From positions 2,457 through 66,456 of IMG/VR virus record IMGVR_UViG_3300044641_003209: a stretch of DNA of 64,000 nt; one strand, 5' to 3'. The notes beneath the pieces are model-generated. The model was not told the DNA's origin. It saw only the letters and a list, made by a program, of their open reading frames with translations, and did not search any database. Shown here piece by piece: positions 20,953 through 29,120 of the stretch. The stretch comes from a virus. Position 1 is the first letter of the stretch; each line of letters begins with the position of its first letter. Position numbers and translations under genes: made by a program.

Positions 20953-21461
20953 CAGGCCAGCGTGATTGGTTGCTGTTCTTCGAAGTTGATCTCAGTTGCC
21001 GACAAAGCGATGCCGATCTCTTGCGAGATAAAGCCCGCAGTTGTCGGAGCCGTTGCCGTAGCCGCACCTGCTGTTGCTCCGCTAAGGTAATATGCCGCTC
21101 CCGGTGTGAGCGATGTGAGTCCCGTGATCGTGCCGTCCAAATACACAGTGGCATTGTTAGGCGTAGTAGATCCACTCAGCACAAAACCATGAGCGCGACG
21201 TCCATTGCTTGCATCTGCCTTTCGAGCTTTGATAGTACCACTATCGTTAAATAGATTAACCAACATTCCCGCCGAAAGGTTTTCGGTAGTTGCCGCAACT
21301 TTTGTAGTGGCGCCAATCCCTGTCGGTAGCGTCGAAACGTCGAGCTTACCCGATCCGTCTAGTGCTACAATTTTTCCAGCCTCAGTTGCACCTGTGGATG
21401 ATACAGTTGCTTCTACTTCAGCGAGCTGGCCCGCGTTGTTCTTGATATACTTTTCTGCCAT
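20952..21461 (-). CDS. Virion fibre/decoration protein
   Basis: 169 aa; ENLSAG..ADAS..AHGFV..GTITGLTSLTPGAAYYLS..QEIGIALSATEI; typical head/tail fibre domain. Confidence 0.6.
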   Translation of the reverse strand: MAEKYIKNNAGQLAEVEATVSSTGATEAGKIVALDGSGKLDVSTLPTGIGATTKVAATTENLSAGMLVNLFNDSGTIKARKADASNGRRAHGFVLSGSTTPNNATVYLDGTITGLTSLTPGAAYYLSGATAGAATATAPTTAGFISQEIGIALSATEINFEEQQPITLA

Positions 21462-21466
21462 AATGA

Positions 21467-21994
21467 TTATACCGTTAAAATGGTTGTGTCAATGTCGATT
21501 TGAATTGTTGTTGGTGTCAATGCTCGCGCGACATACACGAGCACTGCTCCGTTTGTGGGCGCAGTTTGTGTAAGCATACCATTGGTACCCAAAAAAACGG
21601 GCCCTTTTGTCCACGACCATGAATTGTCTGTAAACAATCCAGCAGCGGCTATTGTGACAGGTTGACCAATAGATGCCGATGTTATGGTTATTCCAACAAC
21701 TTGCGCGTTAGCGATTGTATTATTGGAAGCATACACTGCTTCACCATTATTATCAAAAGTAACAGCTCGCAATGCTGATAGATTTGTACCAGCTGTACAT
21801 GTAAGATCTGATCCACCTGTTGGAACTAAACCACCGCTAGCAACATCAAGGTTGATGATGTTATCGGTTAGTTGTAGTACTGGATTTAGATCGAGTACGT
21901 TTACAATAACATCATCGTTGATATTGATGATAGCATCAGTGCTCGGAACATTGATGCTCAGTTGACTATTGAGTACGTTAACGATATCGCTCAC
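21467..21994 (-). CDS. Virion fibre/decoration protein (distant paralog of the neighbour)
   Basis: 175 aa; AGTNLSALRAV..VVGIT..WSWTKGPVFLGTNGMLTQTAP. Confidence 0.6.
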   Translation of the reverse strand: MSDIVNVLNSQLSINVPSTDAIININDDVIVNVLDLNPVLQLTDNIINLDVASGGLVPTGGSDLTCTAGTNLSALRAVTFDNNGEAVYASNNTIANAQVVGITITSASIGQPVTIAAAGLFTDNSWSWTKGPVFLGTNGMLTQTAPTNGAVLVYVARALTPTTIQIDIDTTILTV

Positions 21995-22341
21995 TGGGTA
22001 GCCTCATCAACAACAGTGACCGTTCCACGCATAAGTTCAAATGTTAGACCAGACTGCGTGCATTCTAAGTCCCAAACGTAAGTCGTACCAATGGTAAGCC
22101 CACCAATAGCCGGAGCTGCCAAGGATATAGAGAACTGACCTTGAGCAGCATTTACTATAGTGCAACTAAACGTAGCCGCCAATACGCCGGAGGTAGTGCG
22201 TATCTGGCTTGCAAAGGTGTACCCGGAGATATTCTGAACTACTCCATTTGTCTTGTACGTTATCGTACGTCCAAATGCAGACCCCTTGCGTAGCAACAAG
22301 TTGACTGGTGCTCCCGTATTGGTAAGTGTTGTCGTCTGCAT
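21991..22341 (-). CDS. Ig-like/BppU-like structural protein
   Basis: 116 aa from MQTTT; ISGYTFASQIR..G.FSISL..YVWDLE..LMRGTVTV. Confidence 0.5.
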   Translation of the reverse strand: MQTTTLTNTGAPVNLLLRKGSAFGRTITYKTNGVVQNISGYTFASQIRTTSGVLAATFSCTIVNAAQGQFSISLAAPAIGGLTIGTTYVWDLECTQSGLTFELMRGTVTVVDEATQ

Positions 22342-22358
22342 TGCTAACCTGTCTAATA

Positions 22359-22391
22359 GAAAAAGGGCAACCACGTTGCCGCAGTTGCCCC
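22359..22391 (-). terminator. Intrinsic terminator ending the early leftward operon
   Basis: GGGCAAC...GTTGCCC stem followed by a T-run on the minus strand. Confidence 0.55.
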
Positions 22392-22418
22392 TAAATTACG
22401 GTGAGATCACCGCAAAGT

Positions 22419-22910
22419 CTATCGTTCTACGTGCTTGCGCAGTACCGATTGCAGTGTCTCCATGTTTATCCGTTGGATCCAGACCTCATTGCCAGTTTCC
22501 CGGACGGTGTACTGGTCACGAGCTTCGCCGCATTCGACTACAACGGTTGACTCACTGCCGATATCTACGGCTGAGAGTAGTAGCTTCTCGAATTGCGCCG
22601 ATTTCCACCGGTTGCGTGCCTCGCTGTCGTAGTTCTTCCAGAACGCACTGTAACCAACGAGTTCGCCATACGTGAAATGTATAAGTATCCGCTCCTTTTC
22701 ATTGCGCTTATACATAAGATGCAGGTTCCCGTTGGCTGTATCCTCGGACATACTATCGAAGATCAGCTTGGCATTACTCGCGGCCTTCATGACCTCGACG
22801 CGGTTAGCACCCCATGGCGCGATGAACTTCTCGCATAGCGGAACCACGGGTATTGGTTGCGCGATGGCTCCTACGGTCAGGGCAAAAAGCCCGATGATAA
22901 ATCCCTTCAT
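22419..22910 (-). CDS. Secreted/periplasmic hypothetical protein
   Basis: 163 aa; signal peptide MKGFIIGLFALTVGAIA; AAGGAGG RBS. Confidence 0.65.
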   Translation of the reverse strand: MKGFIIGLFALTVGAIAQPIPVVPLCEKFIAPWGANRVEVMKAASNAKLIFDSMSEDTANGNLHLMYKRNEKERILIHFTYGELVGYSAFWKNYDSEARNRWKSAQFEKLLLSAVDIGSESTVVVECGEARDQYTVRETGNEVWIQRINMETLQSVLRKHVER

Positions 22911-23107
22911 GTCGTCCTCCTTAAATTACGACGCGCCGTGTTCTTGGCCGTCAGTTTAGGTAAATGGTATTCGCAGGTTTGAGTAACCCTATCGTAGGGT
23001 ACTTCCATAAGCATAAAGATTCGATCCCCTACTGGGACTGGCGTGCGTGCACATGTCGAGCGTAGCGGGCAGCCAATAGCCTGGCAGAAAGCCATGTCAT
23101 TTGACAC
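22907..23107 (-). CDS. Small Cys-rich (Zn-binding) protein
   Basis: D-MAFC-x4-CP-x4-C-x-R..C motif; start uncertain (GTG 23107 or ATG 23095). Confidence 0.5.
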   Translation of the reverse strand: MSNDMAFCQAIGCPLRSTCARTPVPVGDRIFMLMEVPYDRVTQTCEYHLPKLTAKNTARRNLRRTT

Positions 23108-23345
23108 TGAAATACTCCGGATAGAGTAATCGAATCCGACGTGCTCGGTAATACATACTCTCATACATATCCGACACCTCGTCCGGTGGACAGGCTTCCG
23201 CTAGGTCATTGATAAGCCTGACCATGATCTCTCGGAACTTCTCGTCCCTAGCGTAGAGATATTCTAGTTCATGTATCGCTCGGTAGAATGATGGCATTGT
23301 TTCCATCGCTCTTCGTAGCGTCGGTCCGTAAGCGGGTTCTTGCAC
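23097..23345 (-). CDS. Hypothetical protein
   Basis: ORF in the tightly packed early block; start uncertain. Confidence 0.45.
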   Translation of the reverse strand: MQEPAYGPTLRRAMETMPSFYRAIHELEYLYARDEKFREIMVRLINDLAEACPPDEVSDMYESMYYRARRIRLLYPEYFSVK

Positions 23346-23559
23346 GGGACTCCTCCAAATGAATGTGTGCGTTTATGAACTGTGCGGCATTGCACTCCTC
23401 CGATGCCTTGATCTCGTCACGTAAATCTAGTAGCGTGTAAATGGTATTGTTCCAGTTTACCACGGCATACTTGTTGCCAGCGTGTGCTTCTTGCACCCCT
23501 CGTTCTACGCCGTACTCGATGACGGCATTCAGGAAACGTACGAGCCGATCATTGTGCAT
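23269..23559 (-). CDS. Hypothetical protein
   Basis: 96 aa; GGAG RBS; overlaps the upstream stop. Confidence 0.55.
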   Translation of the reverse strand: MHNDRLVRFLNAVIEYGVERGVQEAHAGNKYAVVNWNNTIYTLLDLRDEIKASEECNAAQFINAHIHLEESRARTRLRTDATKSDGNNAIILPSDT

Positions 23560-23836
23560 CTTCTGCTCCCTCTTCGCTTGTCAAAAGATCGCCGACCATC
23601 CTGACGTTATGCCTCAGACACGCAGCCATGGCAGTTTTCTTGCTGTTATACTGCTCGTCGGGATACCACCTATGGAAACTAGATTCTGCCTTCCACTTCT
23701 TGTCCGTCGTAACTGCGACATAGTAGGCAAGCTGTCCCCACACCTCGGCACTGTACATTCCCTCGTGCATCTTCGTGAATCGCAAAGGTTTTACCTTCAT
23801 GTTCCCTTTCAAAGTTAGGTTAGCAATATAACTCAC
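23549..23836 (-). CDS. Hypothetical protein
   Basis: 95-aa ORF in the early block. Confidence 0.55.
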   Translation of the reverse strand: MSYIANLTLKGNMKVKPLRFTKMHEGMYSAEVWGQLAYYVAVTTDKKWKAESSFHRWYPDEQYNSKKTAMAACLRHNVRMVGDLLTSEEGAEDAQ

Positions 23837-24095
23837 GGGCTATTCGTAGGCAATAGTCCCATGCCTGGCGCAGTTCCTCGTCGTTCATAGCATCGACGAA
23901 GATCGAGGCAAAGTCCTCCGATGGTACGGGTAGGTCGGGATCACCACCTAGTTGCCGTAGCATCATGCCGTTGTTGACTGCGAGGAACACCTCGTCGATC
24001 GTCTCCGGCTCATTCATGTTGACGCAGGCCAGCATCATGTTGCGAATTGTCTCGGTTGGTGCTGCCCCGAATATATCAAAGCTCCACGTCGTCAT
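23820..24095 (-). CDS. Hypothetical protein
   Basis: Start MTTWSF at 24095, TGATG-coupled with GGGAGG RBS. Confidence 0.6.
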   Translation of the reverse strand: MTTWSFDIFGAAPTETIRNMMLACVNMNEPETIDEVFLAVNNGMMLRQLGGDPDLPVPSEDFASIFVDAMNDEELRQAWDYCLRIARELYC

Positions 24096-24388
24096 CACTT
24101 CCTCCCTGATTGTTGCGCTGCAAGTATGTAATCGTCGTATCCTAATTGACGCACGAGAAGGTACGGGGTGCGACCGAGCAGCACCTCCCTGACGGAATCT
24201 GTCGGGATAAACATATTCTCGTGCGCCAGCAGGACGGAAACTCGTTCGAGCATAATGCCGTAGTTCAGTAGGGCGTTGCGGATATCGCCGTCCTCGCACC
24301 GTGCGGCAAGTTTTGCGACGTGCTCGATGGCGTCGCTGTTATCATACCGATTGATATTCTCGTGCTTCTCTGCGCCGTTCGCTGTCAT
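24095..24388 (-). CDS. Hypothetical protein
   Basis: 97 aa; GGGAG RBS. Confidence 0.55.
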   Translation of the reverse strand: MTANGAEKHENINRYDNSDAIEHVAKLAARCEDGDIRNALLNYGIMLERVSVLLAHENMFIPTDSVREVLLGRTPYLLVRQLGYDDYILAAQQSGRK

Positions 24389-24656
24389 AGGATGGCTCCC
24401 ACTGTGTGACTAGTCGGTACAAAGTTACGTCCGCGCCATACGATTGTGCGTAATTGGCAAGCGTTTCCTGTGCTACAAAGTCGGGGACGTTCTCTTGCTC
24501 CATCGACCACTGCTTCGAGCACGATCCGTGACCGGAATATCTATCCCATGCCGTAGCGTACTGTCCGCTAAGGTCATGCGGTAAGGTCGGGAAGATAAGC
24601 GATACGTAGTCCTCGGTTCCACGAGCCAGGACGGGGATGATTTGTTGCGTGTTCAT
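24342..24656 (-). CDS. Hypothetical early protein
   Basis: Start MNTQQ with GGGAG RBS; IFP.LP..Y.GHGSCS motif. Confidence 0.6.
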   Translation of the reverse strand: MNTQQIIPVLARGTEDYVSLIFPTLPHDLSGQYATAWDRYSGHGSCSKQWSMEQENVPDFVAQETLANYAQSYGADVTLYRLVTQWEPSYDSERRREAREYQSV

Positions 24657-24825
24657 TGTAGGTATCTCCCGATGGCCAGTAGTGCAGCCATCCCAAAAAT
24701 GAAAGTAAGTGCTCCAGCAAGTTTTGTAGTATCGCACCCCTTACTGTAAGGGGCCACGCGCCAGAACCATATAGATTCTCCGCGCTCCTCGTCGTAAATC
24801 TTACGACGTTTGAACTCAATGCCGA

Positions 24826-25068
24826 TCAACATGGATTGCTCCCTATGATAGTGTCAAGAATGTTGATGACCGGCTCGAACGCAATCGAACCTTTGAACGA
24901 TCGAATTGCTTTGTAGTCCTGCGTACCGTCGCGTAGTTCCTCGATCGTGCCGTACGGAAACTCACCTGTTGTGATGTTATCCGCAGTGCGAATTGTTCCA
25001 TGCCAACAATTTTGACCGTGGTCTGTTACGGTGACTGTGGCATGACCTAAATCAAAGTAGGTACTCAT
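24826..25068 (-). CDS. Hypothetical early protein
   Basis: 80 aa; GGGAG RBS. Confidence 0.55.
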   Translation of the reverse strand: MSTYFDLGHATVTVTDHGQNCWHGTIRTADNITTGEFPYGTIEELRDGTQDYKAIRSFKGSIAFEPVINILDTIIGSNPC

Positions 25069-25214
25069 GACTGACTCCCTTCTGTGTCTTGTGATTCTGA
25101 AATACGGTATCCAAGCGATAGAAGCGCATCGTACAGTGCATCTTCTAATGTTTTCCCTTTAACTTCAAACGAATCGTTGCCGTCTAGTTCGCGGCTGACA
25201 ATGTATGTTTTCAT
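25065..25214 (-). CDS. Small hypothetical protein (49 aa, not in ORF track)
   Basis: MKTYIVSRELDG..; preceded by the TTCACAGGGAG leader; ATGA-coupled to the next gene. Confidence 0.6.
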   Translation of the reverse strand: MKTYIVSRELDGNDSFEVKGKTLEDALYDALLSLGYRISESQDTEGSQS

Positions 25215-25329
25215 GACCTTCTCCCTGTGAAGTGTTGAAACTGTTGTGCGTTGTACAGTCGCACCCCTGCCTGTAAGATACGTAAGTCCCTGCTCTCTAG
25301 TGTTATCCTACCTACGTTCTAACTCTTCA

Positions 25330-26349
25330 TCAATGGCGTTCTGTCTTGCATCGTCCGAGGACGACACCATTGAAGTCGTCGATAGGTGCGACAGGCATAA
25401 CTAGTGCCACGACCTCGCCGTTGTGCTTCGCAGTCATTGCACAACGTTGATCGCTCCCTTGCCAAATGCACCGAGGGTCGAATCCTTTTGCGTATCTAAT
25501 CATCGTAGCGTATTCCATGAACGGAAGTAGGTGCTCGACGTTGAAATACTGATCGCCATACTTCACCCATCCAAATTGTGCAGTCTGATCCACCTCGATG
25601 CTCGTCAGTCCACGAATAGCATCGGCATACGTACGCAGTACCTTATTCTCGCATACTACGTTGTATAGGTCGGACAGGTTGACGTTATACAAATCAAGCG
25701 GAATCATATTCCTGTCGTCCGCATCCTCGACGACGCGCCATGTTCTGGCTTGCGCCCCTGATTTAGAATCGTAGGATCGCGCTCCGTTCTTATTGTATGT
25801 GCCCGTTGTATCCCAGTCGGGGCATGACCCTTCGGGAAGGATCGCCAGCTTGAACCCGTCAGTCGCGCACCAGCGTTCTAGTTTATCGGCATAGTAGAAG
25901 TCGGTAAATAGCTGGCTCCGACCATACTTTTCTCCCTCGCGGCCTAGGAACTTGGCGGCCTGCTTCATGAGCGTATCCTGCGACCATTTGCGTTTCAAGA
26001 ACGTCGTGGCCTGCTTGTTCCCGTCCTTGCCTGTCTGCCATAGGTTCACAACCCTGGCCCACATACGTAGTCTGTCGGGCCAGCAACCATTGTGGTCGTC
26101 GCACTCTTGTGCATGGGCTAGGATACACGCAGTGATGACCTCGTGCGCGATTGTCTTTTTCTTCTGCGTGTACACGTCGTAACTACCACGATACTTAGCT
26201 TCTCCGCACTCGATCGAATGAGCGAACAAGCGGTATGCTTCCACTAGTCCGTCCGTCGCGCCGTGCTTGGGTTTCCATCCCGATGTTGCTACGCCCTCAG
26301 CGTATGCAATTACCATATCCATTGTCGTTGTTGCTACTGTCGTTTCCAT
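25330..26349 (-). CDS. Early protein with a sliding-clamp (DnaN)-like C-terminal region
   Basis: 339 aa; CATDGFKLA, YFNVEHL and ALVMPV resemble beta-clamp ATDGHRL / FNxxYL / lvMP motifs. Confidence 0.5.
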   Translation of the reverse strand: METTVATTTMDMVIAYAEGVATSGWKPKHGATDGLVEAYRLFAHSIECGEAKYRGSYDVYTQKKKTIAHEVITACILAHAQECDDHNGCWPDRLRMWARVVNLWQTGKDGNKQATTFLKRKWSQDTLMKQAAKFLGREGEKYGRSQLFTDFYYADKLERWCATDGFKLAILPEGSCPDWDTTGTYNKNGARSYDSKSGAQARTWRVVEDADDRNMIPLDLYNVNLSDLYNVVCENKVLRTYADAIRGLTSIEVDQTAQFGWVKYGDQYFNVEHLLPFMEYATMIRYAKGFDPRCIWQGSDQRCAMTAKHNGEVVALVMPVAPIDDFNGVVLGRCKTERH

Positions 26350-26392
26350 ATCCTACTCCCTGTGAAATGTTAGTGTCGTTGTTTATTGTGGA

Positions 26393-26418
26393 CGCATATT
26401 GCGACCGGATATTGTGAC
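26393..26418. promoter_or_regulatory. Tandem 13-bp box array (2 copies)
   Basis: CGCATATTGCGAC CGGATATTGTGAC. Confidence 0.7.
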
Positions 26419-26423
26419 CTAAA

Positions 26424-27044
26424 TCAGTACGTCCATAGCGTACCGTCTTCCGTGTACTGTTCGTCACCAGAGAATCTGCCACATCCGCTCTCGATGTCAT
26501 CACGTACTCCTTCGGACGAACAATAGTATTCTAGCTCCTCCTCGGCCGATCGTTGTAATGTACGCGCGGCATCATTGCATAGGTCCTCGAATGTGTCCGT
26601 CGTGTTAGGACGTGCCAAGAATGCGCGAATAGGACGCAGTAAATCCTCGTCAAAACATACGCCAGTGAAGGGACAACACGTAGCTTGTCGCATGATCCTC
26701 GACCTACGTTTCGGACCTCGGCCGTATCTGTCGCCATATACTTTTGCTTCGCTGAAAATATGGCCGTAGTTATTCCATAGGTACGTCGCCAAGCGCACCC
26801 CTGTCAATTCGGTTTGCCAGTCCTGCAATGCCGTGCAGTAAATACCCCAGTAACCCCTATCATCTTCCCACTTTATGCCGAAGGTATCCGCGAATGCTCT
26901 CGCGCTATCATTGCGTTCCTCGTTCCAATGGTCTGCATCTGGGTCACATTGCCGACGTTCACGCTCGGCCTCAATGATTCGGTTTTGTGCATCCTCCGAT
27001 AGCTCGGAGAATTGATATAGCTTTACTTCGATGGTCGTTGACAT
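26424..27044 (-). CDS. Early protein of the LYxFxELSxxAQ family
   Basis: Start MSTTIEVKLYQFSELSEDAQ; CPFTGVCFD; ends YTEDG; conserved leader upstream. Confidence 0.7.
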   Translation of the reverse strand: MSTTIEVKLYQFSELSEDAQNRIIEAERERRQCDPDADHWNEERNDSARAFADTFGIKWEDDRGYWGIYCTALQDWQTELTGVRLATYLWNNYGHIFSEAKVYGDRYGRGPKRRSRIMRQATCCPFTGVCFDEDLLRPIRAFLARPNTTDTFEDLCNDAARTLQRSAEEELEYYCSSEGVRDDIESGCGRFSGDEQYTEDGTLWTY

Positions 27045-27092
27045 GATGTTACTCCCGTGAATGATGGTGTTCAATTGTTTCAAAAGTTAGGA

Positions 27093-27131
27093 CGTACATA
27101 CTATACGGATATTGCAACCGTATATTGCAAA
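27093..27131. promoter_or_regulatory. Tandem 13-bp box array (3 copies)
   Basis: CGTACATACTATA CGGATATTGCAAC CGTATATTGCAAA. Confidence 0.7.
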
Positions 27132-27139
27132 CATGAAAC

Positions 27140-27571
27140 TTACTTGGCGGAGAACTTCCATTCGATAGCGTCGTACATTTTGCCAGATTTGTGGATGGGT
27201 TCCTGGCTTCCATTGTTCTTAGCAAATCTATTGAAGCATTCGACACCTACCCCTGGACTGAACGATGCCTTACCGTTGCGTACTGCGATACCGTATTGAT
27301 CGGCGATAGCGTACGCGTAATTCTCCGCCAAGAATTGACAGAATGCTTCTGATTTGTTTACTGCCTGTGCAATGGCAGCCGATAGTTTGTCGTAACCGTA
27401 GCCCGATGCTTTACCTTCCAACAGCTCGAAAGAGCTACGACCGTCTGTGTCTTTCAAGTACAGCCGTACTTCAGCACGTGGACAGTATCCCCATGTCCGC
27501 GATTTGTACCATTCGACCGAAATATCTACGGTTACTGCGACAATCGCGCGTGTTTCATTTGTCGTTTCCAT
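27140..27571 (-). CDS. Hypothetical early protein
   Basis: Start METTNE; EWYKSRTWG..ASGYGYDKLSAAIAQA..GVGVECF. Confidence 0.7.
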   Translation of the reverse strand: METTNETRAIVAVTVDISVEWYKSRTWGYCPRAEVRLYLKDTDGRSSFELLEGKASGYGYDKLSAAIAQAVNKSEAFCQFLAENYAYAIADQYGIAVRNGKASFSPGVGVECFNRFAKNNGSQEPIHKSGKMYDAIEWKFSAK

Positions 27572-27606
27572 GTTCCTACTCCCGTGAATGATGGTGTTTT
27601 TGTTTC

Positions 27607-27870
27607 TTATCCAAGATATTCGCCGTCGGCGGTCCACCTATCGCGGTCGTCGCCGTGGAAGTAATTCCATCCGCCTGTAATTGCGGATACGACAGATTCA
27701 CGAGATAGGTAGTCGGCAATTTCATCCTTAGTCATAAATCCCTCAAAATCTTCATCTGCCCTACGTTCTAACTCCTCATCAATGGCGTTCTGTCTTGCAT
27801 CGTCCGATAGCTCCGCCCAAGTATAGCCCTTTTCGTCCATTACTTTGAGCGTATAGGTTGTCGTTTCCAT
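27607..27870 (-). CDS. Short paralog of the ELSxxA family
   Basis: YTWAELSDDARQNAIDEE..WTADG; conserved leader. Confidence 0.7.
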   Translation of the reverse strand: METTTYTLKVMDEKGYTWAELSDDARQNAIDEELERRADEDFEGFMTKDEIADYLSRESVVSAITGGWNYFHGDDRDRWTADGEYLG

Positions 27871-27902
27871 TGTGTCACCCCTGTGAAATAGGTTTTTGTT
27901 TT

Positions 27903-27967
27903 GCCCTTACTTGGGCCTTAGCTCTCGCGCGCGGAATCGAACCGTGCCGTACCACCAGGGGCGAGAG
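27903..27967 (-). ncRNA. Anticodon-less tRNA-like element A plus 3' hairpin
   Basis: CUCUCGC-CCCUGGUGGUACG-GCACGG-UUCGAUU-CCGCGC-GCGAGAG, then CUAAG-GCCC-AAGUAA-GGGC. Confidence 0.65.
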
Positions 27968-27976
27968 GGCGGACAC

Positions 27977-28189
27977 TTAGACGTTCAAAACATTGCGGCC
28001 GAATTGTGGTACGTCGGCGTCCGTGAACAGCTTTGTTCGGAACCTATCGTAGCCCTCAGACTTGGCCCATTTTTTCGCATCGTCCAATTTGTTGCGCCAT
28101 AGTTCGGCGTCCGTTGTGACCCAAAGTATTTCTTCCGCCCAATCGGGGGCGTCAATCTTTACGCCCCATAGAACATATTCGTTTTGCAT
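27977..28189 (-). CDS. Hypothetical early protein
   Basis: 70 aa (EYVLWGVK..WAEEIL..PQF); conserved leader. Confidence 0.7.
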   Translation of the reverse strand: MQNEYVLWGVKIDAPDWAEEILWVTTDAELWRNKLDDAKKWAKSEGYDRFRTKLFTDADVPQFGRNVLNV

Positions 28190-28221
28190 GATAGCCCCGT
28201 GAAAGTGTGTTGTTGTTTTGT

Positions 28222-28548
28222 TTAGAAACTTGGCACGTCAACAGCATCGTAGATAGCTCGCGGATAGTGTGGTAAGCCGTTCATATATTCGGTGAGCATA
28301 GGCCCTAAATCTACCGGCTCACCACGTCGAATACATACGCCAATTGCGCCATGCTCTCGGCTTACCCTTGCATAGTTTTCATGCGTATGTATGGTCTTGG
28401 ATAGGTCATTTATCCAATAGATAAGTTTCTCGGCATCCTCGCAAGAGGAGATAGAACGCCTGGCAGACTTGCACACCTCGGCCAAGTTCTTGCCGTTGAA
28501 GTATATCGGCCGATATTGGCCAAGAAAATAAATGTTCAGTGAAAACAT
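28222..28548 (-). CDS. Hypothetical early protein
   Basis: Start MFSLNIY after the conserved leader. Confidence 0.6.
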   Translation of the reverse strand: MFSLNIYFLGQYRPIYFNGKNLAEVCKSARRSISSCEDAEKLIYWINDLSKTIHTHENYARVSREHGAIGVCIRRGEPVDLGPMLTEYMNGLPHYPRAIYDAVDVPSF

Positions 28549-28604
28549 GATGTAAGCCCCGTGAAAGTGTGAATGTAGTTTGTTACTTGCCCTAAAACAT
28601 AGGA

Positions 28605-28630
28605 CGGATATTACGACCGGATATTGTGAC
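28605..28630. promoter_or_regulatory. Tandem 13-bp box array (2 copies)
   Basis: CGGATATTACGAC CGGATATTGTGAC. Confidence 0.7.
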
Positions 28631-28696
28631 CCTATTCGTGCCAATTTTGCCAAAGGATGACTGAGCCACCAAGGACCACGACCACCAAGAAAAGTA

Positions 28697-29014
28697 TCAT
28701 CGCGAAGCCCTTTCCAATAGGTCACCTACTGAGCCGATTTTTACCCTGTGCGTCCCTGCGATACCGCCACCGAAAAATATCATCACGGTCGTATCGTATA
28801 GGTCGCCCAAGTTTAGATAGTAGATAGGTCGTCGAAAATCGCCGTCGATCTCTACCGCTTCAACGCCGCAATGACTGACACCTGCCACCTTAGCCCCGTG
28901 AAGTAGTGCCCGTTCTAGTATATCATGTTCGGACAATAGCCCGTCCGGATTATCGACACGATAGTTCTTTACTCCGCGTTCAATGTTGCGCAATGTTTCA
29001 TGCTCTAGTGTCAT
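28697..29014 (-). CDS. Hypothetical early protein
   Basis: 105 aa; GVEA..YLNLGDLYDTTV..GSVGDLLE; conserved leader. Confidence 0.7.
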   Translation of the reverse strand: MTLEHETLRNIERGVKNYRVDNPDGLLSEHDILERALLHGAKVAGVSHCGVEAVEIDGDFRRPIYYLNLGDLYDTTVMIFFGGGIAGTHRVKIGSVGDLLERASR

Positions 29015-29047
29015 AACCTACCCCTTGTGAAAATGTGACCGATACTT

Positions 29048-29110
29048 GCCCTTGTTGGGCTTTGTTCCTACCTGCGGAATTGAACCGCAGCGAACCGCCA
29101 AGGGTAGGAA
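29048..29110 (-). ncRNA. Anticodon-less tRNA-like element B plus 3' hairpin
   Basis: UUCCUAC-CCUUGGCGGUUCG-CUGCGG-UUCAAUU-CCGCAG-GUAGGAA, then CAAA-GCCC-AACAA-GGGC. Confidence 0.7.
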
Positions 29111-29120
29111 ACGAGGGGAA

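Noticed and set aside
18321-22341. Recombinase-driven tail-fibre inversion (shufflon)
   Set aside because: All fibre genes share one orientation and no matching inverted recombination sites were found flanking them
28982-28995. ATGTTGCGCAAT resembling an origin iteron
   Set aside because: Single imperfect copy inside a coding region, 10 kb from the cluster; chance is plausible
27903-29110. Canonical tRNA genes (GGTTCRATTCC)
   Set aside because: Only 46 nt, with no anticodon arm and no CCA; reported as tRNA-like elements instead
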